Made by a program: the position numbers and the translations under genes. Below the pieces are notes generated by a model. The model saw nothing but the letters and a program-made list of their open reading frames with translations. It was not told the origin of the DNA and did no database searches. Shown here one piece after another: positions 54,167 through 63,186 of a DNA stretch of 64,000 nt; within the stretch, counting starts at the first letter, position 1; every line of letters starts with the position of its first letter. The stretch is from an uncultured bacterium. GTDB taxonomy: Bacteria > Actinomycetota > Acidimicrobiia > Spongiisociales > UBA5794. The stretch is from contig CAWDDT010000003.1 in the NCBI GenBank assembly GCA_963801165.1, positions 64,001 to 128,000 on the forward strand, read 5' to 3'.

Positions 54167-55132
54167 ATGGCTGTCATCAGAACCATCCTCGGAGACATCG
54201 AGCCAAGCGCGCTGGGGGCGACGAACTCGCATGACCATCTGATCAGGGTTGGCGGCGGCGAGGTGCTGGTCGACGACGACCACAACCTCAACTCGGTCGA
54301 CAAGGCCGTTGAAGAGGCCACCTACTTCGTCAAGGCCGGCGGTGGTGCGGTCATCGACATGTGTCCCATCTACATGGGGCGCGACATGGACAAGCTGCTC
54401 GAAGTGAACCGCCGGGTCCCCGATCTCAACATCGTGGCGGCTACCGGTTTCCACAAGGGCTCGCTCTACATGGAACAGACCTTCCACTGGATCAGCAAGT
54501 ATTCTGTCGAAGAGATCGCCGGCCTCATCGTCGCCGATATCGAGGAGGGGATCGACCGCTACGACTACGCGGGCCCCATCGTCGACCGCTCCACGGCACG
54601 GGCCGGCGTCATCAAGGCGGCTACCGGCTACGGCATGATCACCGACTTCGAGAAGAAGCAGCTCGAGGCCTGTGCCATCGCGGCGATCCGCACCGGCGCT
54701 TCGATCAACACTCACACGACGACCGGGACCATGGGTCTCGAGCAGGCGAGGATGCTGATCGGCTTCGGAGTGAATCCGGAGAAGATCGCCATCGGTCACA
54801 TCCAGCGGAACAACGACCCGTGGTACCACAAGAAGATCACGGAACTGGGCTGCTACGTCGAGTACGACGGCACCTACCGCATCAAGTACCTACCGGACAG
54901 CTCCCGGATCATGTTGATACGCGAGATGTGCGACGCCGGATACCAGGACCGCATTTTGCTCGGCACCGATTCGGGCAAACGGTCATACCAGAAAGCCTGG
55001 GGATCGGGAACGGGTATCGACTACGACCTGACAATCACCGGGCCTCGCATGACGGAAGAGGGTTTCGACCCGTCTGTGTTCGAGGACCTGATGGTCAACA
55101 ACCCGGCACGATTTTTCCAGCTGGACAGATAA
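54167..55132 (+). CDS. Phosphotriesterase-related (PHP, COG1735) lactonase
   Basis: IRTILGDI, NSHDHL, GVIKAATG, INTHT, IGHIQRN, LGTDSG, NNPARFF. Confidence 0.9.
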   Translation: MAVIRTILGDIEPSALGATNSHDHLIRVGGGEVLVDDDHNLNSVDKAVEEATYFVKAGGGAVIDMCPIYMGRDMDKLLEVNRRVPDLNIVAATGFHKGSLYMEQTFHWISKYSVEEIAGLIVADIEEGIDRYDYAGPIVDRSTARAGVIKAATGYGMITDFEKKQLEACAIAAIRTGASINTHTTTGTMGLEQARMLIGFGVNPEKIAIGHIQRNNDPWYHKKITELGCYVEYDGTYRIKYLPDSSRIMLIREMCDAGYQDRILLGTDSGKRSYQKAWGSGTGIDYDLTITGPRMTEEGFDPSVFEDLMVNNPARFFQLDR

Positions 55133-55178
55133 GGCTGCGAGGCAGCAACAACTCGAGGAGAGAGACCAAGGAGAGAGA

Positions 55179-56285
55179 ATGAAAGCAATTTGGAAGTTGG
55201 CCGTGATCCTGGCCGGTTTCGCCCTGATCGCGGCGGCGTGCGGCTCCGACGATGCGTCGACCACAACCGTCGGAGCCGGCACCGAAACGACCGCTGCTGC
55301 GTCCGAAACGACGGCCATGTCCGAAACGACGGCCATGTCCGAGACGACGGCCGCAGCCGAGACGACTACGGCAGCAACAGACGCGATGGAGCCGATCGTA
55401 ATTGGCCTGTCATTGCAGAACCAGGCGCGCTCGTTCTTCACCGGCATGGTGGCAGGCGCACAGGAGAAGGCAGATGAGCTCGGTGTCGACCTGCGCGTTG
55501 TAGAAGCGGCAGACGACTCGGAGAAGCAGACCCAGGACGTTGCCGACCTGATCCAGGCCGGTGTGGCCGGGATCCTCCTGTCGCCGGTCGACAGCGCGGT
55601 TGCCGTGTCGATTGCGGATAACGCGATTCAAGCGGGTGTGCCGATTCTCGCTGTGGCCAACCAGATCGGAACCGTCGACGAGTACGGCCCGCAGTACGTT
55701 TATCCGGGGACTGTCGCCCTCGTGACCAACGACGACATCGACATGGGCGCCAAGGCGGCCGGCTTCGTCAAGGAACTTGCCGCCGGTAACGCAGTCAAGA
55801 TCGCCATCGTGTCGGGTAGCACCGGCACCGCCAATGCAACGTTGCGGGACAAGGGCTTCAAGGATGAGCTCGACGCCCTTGGCGTCTCTTACGAGATCGT
55901 CGCCGAGCAGGACGGCGCCTGGACGAACGAGCAGGGCGAGGTCGTGTGCCAGAACCTCCTCCAGGCGAACCCTGCGGGAACGCTTGACATCATCTTCAGC
56001 CATTCTGATGAGATGTCGGCAGGTTGCGCCCGGGCTCTCGACAGCGCCGACCGCGTCGGCGACGTTTCGCTGGTTAGCATCGGCGGCAATGAGAAGGGTA
56101 TCGGCCTTCTGAACGACGGTCTCATGGTCGGAACCGTCTGCCAGAAGCCGGGCACGATGGGAGCCACTGCAGTGGAGACCATGTACAACGCCATCACCAC
56201 AGGCAACATGGATCAGGGCCTCACCTTCTATGAGACCCCGGTAGTGACGCTCGACACGCTCGACCTGTGCGTGCCGCAGTGGTAA
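55179..56285 (+). CDS. Sugar ABC transporter substrate-binding lipoprotein (RbsB-like)
   Basis: Lipobox AAAC, ETTAMS repeats, FFTGMVAGA, LLSPVDS, SHSDEMSAG. Confidence 0.9.
   Translation: MKAIWKLAVILAGFALIAAACGSDDASTTTVGAGTETTAAASETTAMSETTAMSETTAAAETTTAATDAMEPIVIGLSLQNQARSFFTGMVAGAQEKADELGVDLRVVEAADDSEKQTQDVADLIQAGVAGILLSPVDSAVAVSIADNAIQAGVPILAVANQIGTVDEYGPQYVYPGTVALVTNDDIDMGAKAAGFVKELAAGNAVKIAIVSGSTGTANATLRDKGFKDELDALGVSYEIVAEQDGAWTNEQGEVVCQNLLQANPAGTLDIIFSHSDEMSAGCARALDSADRVGDVSLVSIGGNEKGIGLLNDGLMVGTVCQKPGTMGATAVETMYNAITTGNMDQGLTFYETPVVTLDTLDLCVPQW
55301..55352. repeat. 18-bp coding tandem repeat (SETTAM) in the lipoprotein linker
   Basis: gtccgaaacgacggccat x2 plus a partial third copy. 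Confidence 0.85.
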
Positions 56286-57535
56286 TGAAGTCGGCCGCGG
56301 GCCGGGAACGCGATCGATCTGACGACGCGGTACCCGGCGCGCACACCGGTAACGGTGTGAACGACAAGCAAGCGTGGGGCGGAGACGTCCGCCCCACCTC
56401 GCTGACCGCAATGGTGGCGCACCTCCGGCCGGCGCTGTCGCTGCGTCGCAGCGGTGTCGTCTATGGCCTCATCCTCGTGGTCGTGGGCATGATCGCCTTC
56501 TCGATCTACTCCGGCAGGCCCCCTTATCTCGCCTCATCCAACGTAAGCAATTTGCTCGACCAGATGATGCTCACCGGGATCCTCGCCATCGGCATGACGG
56601 TCCTGCTCATCAGTGGCAACTTCGACCTGTCGGTGGGATCGCTGACCGCACTCACCGCGATGAGCACGGCGCTCGTCGCCAAGGCGATGGGCCCGGTGCC
56701 GGCGGTCGCCGTCGGGCTCGTTGTCGGCATGGCAGGCGGCGCGCTCAACGGCATCATCCACTGGAAGATCGGGCTCAACTCGTTCATCGTCACCCTGGGC
56801 ACCTTGATCGCATACCGGGGAGTGACCCAGCTCATATCCGGATCCCGGTCGGTCAACGTTTCCGGCGACACCAAGGCCACCCTGGAGAGCTGGGGTGGAA
56901 GCTATATCCACATCGGAGATATTGCGCTGGCCGCGGCGGCGGCCGCCGCGGTGGTGGCCGTCATTGGTTTGTGGCAGAAGCATCGGCCTGTCGCCACCCT
57001 CGGCGGGGTGGGTGCGGTCCTGTTCTTCATCCTCTCGCTTTTCACCAGCTACCCGCTGCGCCTCTCCCAGGGCGCGTTATACATGCTCATCTTGCTGGCC
57101 ATCGTTGGATTCATCCTTCGTTTCACCGTAACCGGCCGCCGCCTCTATGCCACGGGCGGGAACATCGAGGCGGCCCGCGCCTCTGGTGTCGTGGTGGCCC
57201 GTTATCGGGTAGTTCCTTTCATCGTTGTTGGTGCCTGTGCGGGCATCGCCGGTGTGCTGTGGACCATGCGGCTGGCCTCGGTCGATCCAAATGCTTTCAC
57301 CTCGAAAGAGCTGGACGTACTGGCGGCGGCGATCATCGGGGGTGTCGCCCTCACCGGCGGCTTCGGAAGTGTCGTCAAGTCGATCGTCGGTACCGCCCTG
57401 CTCGTGGTGTTGACCAACGGATTCAACATCCTCAACGTCCCGCCGGCGATGCAGATGCTCGCCCAGGGAGCGATCATTCTCGGTGCGGCCGGCCTCTACA
57501 TGCTGGCGGACCGGCGAGCTAAGGAGCGTGCCTGA
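56285..57535 (+). CDS. Sugar ABC transporter permease (RbsC/XylH-like)
   Basis: GMTVLLISGNFDLSVGS, SFIVTLG, GRRLYATGGN.EAARASG, ELDVLAAAIIGG; start uncertain. Confidence 0.9.
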   Translation: MKSAAGRERDRSDDAVPGAHTGNGVNDKQAWGGDVRPTSLTAMVAHLRPALSLRRSGVVYGLILVVVGMIAFSIYSGRPPYLASSNVSNLLDQMMLTGILAIGMTVLLISGNFDLSVGSLTALTAMSTALVAKAMGPVPAVAVGLVVGMAGGALNGIIHWKIGLNSFIVTLGTLIAYRGVTQLISGSRSVNVSGDTKATLESWGGSYIHIGDIALAAAAAAAVVAVIGLWQKHRPVATLGGVGAVLFFILSLFTSYPLRLSQGALYMLILLAIVGFILRFTVTGRRLYATGGNIEAARASGVVVARYRVVPFIVVGACAGIAGVLWTMRLASVDPNAFTSKELDVLAAAIIGGVALTGGFGSVVKSIVGTALLVVLTNGFNILNVPPAMQMLAQGAIILGAAGLYMLADRRAKERA

Positions 57536-58287
57536 TGGCGACTCTCGAGGTGCGCGGTATCCACAAGCGATTCGGTGCGGTCAGGGCGCTCGATAACGTG
57601 AGCTTGTCGGTCGAGAGGGGTGAGATCCTCGGGCTGGTGGGCGACAACGGCGCCGGCAAATCGACGATGGTCAAGATCCTGGCCGGGATCTATCCCCCGA
57701 CTGAGGGCGAGATCCTGCTCGACGGCGAGCCGACCGTGTTCCACTCGCCGCTCGAGGCGAGAGCTCAGGGTCTGGAGACGGTCCATCAGACTCTCGAGCT
57801 GGTCGAGGAGTTCAACGTCGCCGAGAACTTCTATCTCGGTAGAGAGCTGTCGAAGTACGGCATCCTCCGCGTCAACCGCAGCCGTGAGATGCGGGGGCGC
57901 TCGGAGCAGGCCGTATCCGAGCTCGGCATAAAGATCCCCGGTGGTGTCCGCCGCAGCGTGCGCAGCATGTCCGGTGGCCAGCGCCAGGCGGTCGCCATTG
58001 CTCGCGCCGCCTTCTGGCACACCAAGGTCCTCCTCCTCGACGAGCCAACGGCGGCCCTCGGCGTTCGCGAGAGCGGCAGGGTCGTCGAGCTCGTCGACCG
58101 GCTTGCACACGAGCGGGGAGCCGCCATCTTGTTGATCACGCACAACATGGAGCAGGTCAGGGAACTGTGTGACCGGGTGGTCGTGCTCCGTCAGGGGCGG
58201 AAGGTGGCCGAACTCAGCGACGGCTTCGATGTCGAAGATGTCGTCGGCTACATAACCGGCGCCCGCGAAGAGCAGAGGACCGCATGA
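57535..58287 (+). CDS. Sugar ABC transporter ATP-binding protein (single domain)
   Basis: GDNGAGKST, MSGGQRQ, LLDEPTAALG. Confidence 0.93.
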   Translation: MATLEVRGIHKRFGAVRALDNVSLSVERGEILGLVGDNGAGKSTMVKILAGIYPPTEGEILLDGEPTVFHSPLEARAQGLETVHQTLELVEEFNVAENFYLGRELSKYGILRVNRSREMRGRSEQAVSELGIKIPGGVRRSVRSMSGGQRQAVAIARAAFWHTKVLLLDEPTAALGVRESGRVVELVDRLAHERGAAILLITHNMEQVRELCDRVVVLRQGRKVAELSDGFDVEDVVGYITGAREEQRTA

Positions 58288-58943
58288 GCGGGCGTCCCCG
58301 TCTCCAGGTTGCGCTGGACAGCCTCGATCTGCCCGCGGCGCTCCGTCCGCTCCCCGAGGTCGCCGACTACGTCGACGTCATCGAGGTCGGCACAGTCCTG
58401 TGTCTGAGTGAAGGGATGCACGCCGTCAGAGCGGTCCGTGCCCTGTTTCCCGGCAAGGACGTGCTCGCAGATGTCCGGATCGCCGAAGCAGGCAGTGTCA
58501 TCGCCAAGCTGGCCTTCGACGCCGGAGCCAACCTGGTCTCGGTGATCGGTTGTGCCGCCATGGCGACCTTCGACGTGGTGGTTGCCGAGGCACGGCGAGC
58601 CGGTGGGGAGGTACAGGTCGAGCTGGGCGCAGATTGGTCTCTCGACCGGGCGGCGCAGCTATGGGAAGCGGGCGTTACCCATGCCATCCTGCACCGCAGC
58701 CGCGACGCCGAGGCTCTGGGAACGCTCGAATGGGCACCCGGTGACCTCGAGTCGATAAAGCTGCTCGCCGACATCGGTTTCCAGGTCACCGTCACCGGCG
58801 GCATCGGCGTCGCCGACATCGACATTCTCGCCGGCTACCCCGTTGCGATTGTGATCGCGGGGAGAAGCATCGTCGCCGCTGCGGACCCGCGGCGGGCGGC
58901 GGCCGACCTGGTTGCCGCGTTGGATAGGGGATGGCCGGTGTGA
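58284..58943 (+). CDS. ulaD: 3-keto-L-gulonate-6-phosphate decarboxylase-like (UlaD/SgbH family)
   Basis: LQVALD, IEVGT, VQVEL, HRSRDA, TVTGG, AGRSI; the DxKxxD motif is altered to DVRIAE. Confidence 0.78.
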   Translation: MSGRPRLQVALDSLDLPAALRPLPEVADYVDVIEVGTVLCLSEGMHAVRAVRALFPGKDVLADVRIAEAGSVIAKLAFDAGANLVSVIGCAAMATFDVVVAEARRAGGEVQVELGADWSLDRAAQLWEAGVTHAILHRSRDAEALGTLEWAPGDLESIKLLADIGFQVTVTGGIGVADIDILAGYPVAIVIAGRSIVAAADPRRAAADLVAALDRGWPV

Positions 58944-59791
58944 CCGGCCGGTACTCCCTCGGGATATACGAGAAAGCACTGCGATCGTCGACCGGCTGGG
59001 AGGTGCGACTGGCCGAGGCGCGTGAGGCCGGGTTCGAGTTCGTCGAGATGTCGATAGACCCGTCTCCCGACCGGCTCCCCCGGCTGGATTGGCTTTCCGC
59101 CGATCGGCTCCGATTCCGGCGCCAAGTCACGGCTTCGGGCATCGACGTGCCGAGCATCTGTCTGAGCGCGCACAGGGACCACCCTCTGGGATCCTCCGAT
59201 CCCGAGCGCCGGCTGCGGGGAGCGGAGATCCTGGGCAAGGCGATCGAGCTGGCCGGAGACATCGACGTGCGGGTGGTCCAGATTGCCGGCTACTACACGA
59301 GCCCGGATGACCGGCACCCGGATGCTCGGGCCTGCTATGTCGCTGCGCTTGCTGCCGGCGCCGAGCAGGCGGCAAAAGCGGGTGTCATGCTCGCCATCGA
59401 GAATGTCGACGGTCCCGATATCAACTCGGTCACGAGGGCGATGGAGGTCGTCGACGAGATCGGCTCGCCGTGGCTTCAGGTCTATCCGGACATAGGGAAC
59501 ATCGCCGAGAACGAACTCGACACCGTTGCCGAGCTCACCGTTGCCAAGGGCCATATGGTGGCACTCCATGCCAAGGACGTGCGCGTCGGTGAACCACGCC
59601 GGGTCCCGTTTGGCGAGGGGGTAGTCGACTTCGACCTCGCCTTCGACACGCTGGCGCGACTCGGCTATTTCGGGAGGCTGATGATCGAGATGTGGAACGA
59701 CGATGCGCCCGATTCGGTGGCCGCAACGCGTGCAGCGCGCTCTTTCATCATCGAGAGGATCGAGCGAGCGGAGTTGCAGGTGGCGTCATGA
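58940..59791 (+). CDS. ulaE: L-ribulose-5-phosphate 3-epimerase (UlaE/SgbU)
   Basis: LGIYEKAL, FVEMSID, SICLSAHR, VYPDIGN, LHAKD, MIEMW. Confidence 0.92.
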   Translation: MTGRYSLGIYEKALRSSTGWEVRLAEAREAGFEFVEMSIDPSPDRLPRLDWLSADRLRFRRQVTASGIDVPSICLSAHRDHPLGSSDPERRLRGAEILGKAIELAGDIDVRVVQIAGYYTSPDDRHPDARACYVAALAAGAEQAAKAGVMLAIENVDGPDINSVTRAMEVVDEIGSPWLQVYPDIGNIAENELDTVAELTVAKGHMVALHAKDVRVGEPRRVPFGEGVVDFDLAFDTLARLGYFGRLMIEMWNDDAPDSVAATRAARSFIIERIERAELQVAS

Positions 59792-60456
59792 TGCTCGAAG
59801 AGCTTCGCATCGAGGTCTGTGCGGCCAACCGCGCGTTGCTGAGCGCAGGTCTGGTGACATGGACGTCGGGCAACGTCTCGGGGCGCGATCCGGAGACGGG
59901 TCTCGTGGCCATCAAACCGTCTGGTGTCATGTTCGATGACCTGACGCCCGACTCGATGGCTGTGTTGACGCTCGATGGGGAGCAGGTCGGCGGAGACCTG
60001 CCGCCGTCGTCGGACACCGCTTCGCATCTCTTCGTGTACCGCGGGCGGCCCGATGTCAACGGCATGACCCACACCCATTCGAACTATGCGACTGCATTTG
60101 CTGCGGCCGGTCGGTCGATCCCGGTCTGTCTCACCGGCATCGCCGACGAGTTCGGCTGCGACATCCCGCTCGGCGGCTATGCCGCGATCGGTGGCAAGGA
60201 GATAGGCGCGGAGATCCTGCGGTCGATCGGAAGCTCGCCGGCGATTCTGATGCGCCAGCACGGCGTGTTTACGATTGGCCCGACTGTTCGCAAGGCACTG
60301 AAGGCTGCGGTGATGGTTGAGGATTCGGCAAAGACGGTGGCGATCGCCATGACGCTCGGCGGGGTGCAGCGGCTCCCGGATGAGGAGATAGCCGCAAATC
60401 ACGATCGGTACCAGCACCGCTACGGCACGTTTGCCGCCACGGACCTGTCCTCGTGA
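59788..60456 (+). CDS. araD: L-ribulose-5-phosphate 4-epimerase (AraD/UlaF)
   Basis: LVTWTSGNVSGRD, IKPSGV, PSSDTASH, HTHSNYATAFAA, QHGVF. Confidence 0.9.
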   Translation: MMLEELRIEVCAANRALLSAGLVTWTSGNVSGRDPETGLVAIKPSGVMFDDLTPDSMAVLTLDGEQVGGDLPPSSDTASHLFVYRGRPDVNGMTHTHSNYATAFAAAGRSIPVCLTGIADEFGCDIPLGGYAAIGGKEIGAEILRSIGSSPAILMRQHGVFTIGPTVRKALKAAVMVEDSAKTVAIAMTLGGVQRLPDEEIAANHDRYQHRYGTFAATDLSS

Positions 60457-61400
60457 CGCGGCGCAGCCTTGCCACGGTAGGCGAGGGGCAGATCCGGCTG
60501 ACACTTCCGGCCGGGGTGACGTTTGAGCGTGCGGCACAGCTCAACATCACAACCGCGGGCTCGGAGCTCAACGTCGCCACGCTTCTCGCCCGTGTGGGTT
60601 GGGAGACGAGGTGGCATTCGATCCTGCCCCGGTCTCCACTCGGTCGCCGCATCGTGGCCGATGTCGAGGCGGCCGGATGCGAAGCCGTCGTCACCTGGCG
60701 CGAAGAGGGACGGGTCGCTCTGTACTGGCTGGACCCGGGCAATGGGCCGATTTCCGCTTCGGTCACTTACGATCGGGAGCACACCCCGTTTCGTGAGATG
60801 ACCGTCGAAGACCTGGATTGGGGGCGGCTCCTTGGCTCGGACGTGGTCTATCTGAGCGGGATAACCGCCGCCCTTACCCCGGCCACCGGTGCCGTCGTTC
60901 AGGCGGTGGCGCAGAGAGCAAAGGAGTCGGGGAGCTACGTCGTATTCGACGTCAACCATCGCGACAAGCTCTGGTCGGTTGGCGCTGCCGTGGTTTTCCT
61001 GGAGTCGGTCTCCGCCAGCACGGACCTGGTCTTTTGCTCCGTCCGCGATGCCGGCAAGTTGCTCGGCATCACAGGAGACGACGGTCGCGACGTGGCGGCT
61101 CGGCTGCGAGCGACGCTCGGGGTGCCCGAGGTGGTGGTTTCCCACGGGACGCTCCCGGTTGCGTACGCCTCGGCGGCCGCCGCTGCGGTTGCACCGGTCC
61201 TGGCCACTCCCGTGCGGGATCGCCCCGGTGCTGGTGATGCTTTCATCGCCGGCTTTCTCGCTGATCCCTCCGCTGATCCTGAGACGCGGCTAAAGATGGC
61301 GACAAGGGCGGCGGCTCACACGTTGAGCCAGTTCGGTGACCAGACCCATGTCACCCTCGACCAGCTACGCACCCCGCTCGGCGGCGGTATCGACCGCTGA
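60453..61400 (+). CDS. PfkB-family sugar-acid kinase (KDG kinase-like)
   Basis: TVGEGQIRL, AGSELNVA, FDVNHRDKLW, DRPGAGDAF. Confidence 0.88.
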   Translation: MTRRSLATVGEGQIRLTLPAGVTFERAAQLNITTAGSELNVATLLARVGWETRWHSILPRSPLGRRIVADVEAAGCEAVVTWREEGRVALYWLDPGNGPISASVTYDREHTPFREMTVEDLDWGRLLGSDVVYLSGITAALTPATGAVVQAVAQRAKESGSYVVFDVNHRDKLWSVGAAVVFLESVSASTDLVFCSVRDAGKLLGITGDDGRDVAARLRATLGVPEVVVSHGTLPVAYASAAAAAVAPVLATPVRDRPGAGDAFIAGFLADPSADPETRLKMATRAAAHTLSQFGDQTHVTLDQLRTPLGGGIDR

Positions 61401-61480
61401 CATGTCGCGCCGGGTCTGTGGCTGCTTTTCCCGGGCGGCGCCGATCGGCCTCTCGATAGTAGAGCAGCGGCGGAGCCGTC

Positions 61481-62581
61481 TCAGGCGCGGGTGGGCTCCT
61501 CTTCCGGGTAGAAGCGACGCCGGGCCCACAACGCCACGTACACGAGACCCACGAGAACGGGGACCTCGATCAGCGGACCGACAACACCGGCGAGTGCTTC
61601 CCCCGATGTGACGCCGAACACACCGATGGCCACCGCGATGGCGAGCTCGAAGTTGTTGCTGGCGGCGGTGAAGGCAACGGTCGTGTTCTTCTCGTACCCG
61701 AGGTTGAGCCACCACCCCAGCGCGAATGACGCGGCCCACATGATGGCGAAGTAGGCGAGGAGCGGGAGGGCGATTCGGGCCACGTCGAACGGCCGGCTCG
61801 TGATGGTCTCGCCCTGGAGGGCGAAAAGGATGACAACGGTGAACAGAAGACCGTAGAGCGCCCAGGGGCCGATGCGGGGGAGGAATTGGCTCTCGTACCA
61901 TTCGACGCCACGGCGACGCTCACCCCAGGTGCGGGTCAGGTAGCCGGCGACGAGCGGGATACCCAGGAAGACCAGCACGATCTTGGCGATTTCCCACATC
62001 GTCACGTCGAGCGTGGTCGTGTCCAACCCGAGCCAGCTCGGCAGCAGCTGCAGATAGAAGTAGCCGAGCACCGAATAGGCGACGATCTGGAAGACGGAGT
62101 TCAGCGCGACCAAAACGGCGGCGGCTTCCCTGTCACCGCAAGCGAGGTCGTTCCAAATGAGAACCATGGCGATGCAGCGGGCGAGACCGATGATGATCAG
62201 CCCGGTCCGGTACTCCGGGAGGTCGGGGAGAAGCAGCCAGGCGAGGGTGAACATGATGGCAGGGCCGATGAGCCAGTTGAGGACGAGCGAAGTGACTATG
62301 AGCTTCCGATCAGCAGCTATCTCGCCGATCTTGGTGTACCGGACCTTGGCTAGAACCGGATACATCATCGCCAGCAAACCGATTGCAATCGGGAGCGACA
62401 CCGTGCCGATCTTCACGGCATCGAGCCAGTCGTTGAGGCCGGGGATGAGGCTGCCGAGGATCAGCCCGGCCACCATCGCCAGCCCGATCCATGCCGGCAG
62501 GAATCGGTCCAACATGCCCAGGCGCTGCAGCACCGGCATTTCAGATCGCGCGGCAGCTTCCACCGAAGGTTGATGACTCAT
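61481..62581 (-). CDS. acr3: Acr3-family arsenite efflux transporter
   Basis: LDRFLPAWI, MMYPVLAKV, NWLIGP, GLARCIAMVLIWNDLACGD, SNNFELAIAVA, GPLIEVPV. Confidence 0.95.
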   Translation of the reverse strand: MSHQPSVEAAARSEMPVLQRLGMLDRFLPAWIGLAMVAGLILGSLIPGLNDWLDAVKIGTVSLPIAIGLLAMMYPVLAKVRYTKIGEIAADRKLIVTSLVLNWLIGPAIMFTLAWLLLPDLPEYRTGLIIIGLARCIAMVLIWNDLACGDREAAAVLVALNSVFQIVAYSVLGYFYLQLLPSWLGLDTTTLDVTMWEIAKIVLVFLGIPLVAGYLTRTWGERRRGVEWYESQFLPRIGPWALYGLLFTVVILFALQGETITSRPFDVARIALPLLAYFAIMWAASFALGWWLNLGYEKNTTVAFTAASNNFELAIAVAIGVFGVTSGEALAGVVGPLIEVPVLVGLVYVALWARRRFYPEEEPTRA

Positions 62582-62859
62582 CCGTCTCTCTCCCTGAGCA
62601 GCGCCGGCAATGCCTCGGTGATGGCTCGGGAGGCGTCGTCGGACAACCGATAGTCGACCCAGCGGCCGCGCCGGGCCGCCTCTACAAAACCCGCCTCACG
62701 CAGCACACGCAGGTGATACGACAGCAGGTTGGGTGCGATGTCGAGGGATCCCTGCAGATCACAAACACAGCGGGCCTCGGTGCCCAGCAAGTCGAGGATG
62801 GCGAGACGAACCGGGTCGCTCAGCGCGGAGAAGGTGTCGGCCCTCGTCCTGTGTGTCAT
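62578..62859 (-). CDS. arsR: ArsR-family arsenite-responsive repressor
   Basis: FSALSDPVRLAIL, RCVCDL, LSYHLRVLREAG, RRGRWVDY; coupled to acr3. Confidence 0.9.
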   Translation of the reverse strand: MTHRTRADTFSALSDPVRLAILDLLGTEARCVCDLQGSLDIAPNLLSYHLRVLREAGFVEAARRGRWVDYRLSDDASRAITEALPALLRERDG

Positions 62860-62862
62860 TGC

Positions 62863-62878
62863 TTCAAGATCCGTTGAA
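62863..62878. promoter_or_regulatory. Palindrome directly upstream of arsR (probable ArsR operator)
   Basis: TTCAA-gatccg-TTGAA, 3 nt from the start codon. Confidence 0.6.
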
Positions 62879-63186
62879 CTCACCGGGCCAGTATGCGGCC
62901 GGCGGGGGGGCGTCACTAGGGCATAAGGTCCCATCGGCCACGTTCCGTCGACCGCCGGGCAGCGCCGAGACCCTGCAGAGTGGAGTTCTCGACGTGTCCC
63001 ACGCCGCAGGCTGAGGAACCAGGCAATCCGCCTGCCGGGTGGTGCGGTCGACCTCGAAACGGAGGATAAGGCTCCGGTTGTGATACGGTGACGTGTGCAG
63101 GAATACACAGACCACGATCGACGACGGTTCGACTCCATGGTTCACGTTCGTTGCGAACCCCGGGGCGGGTAGCGAAAGGTTGAAGA

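Noticed and set aside
62880-63186. Possible ncRNA or tRNA in this intergenic gap (contains GGTTCGACTCC near 63126)
   Set aside because: The T-loop-like motif lacks a convincing cloverleaf, acceptor stem and anticodon arm
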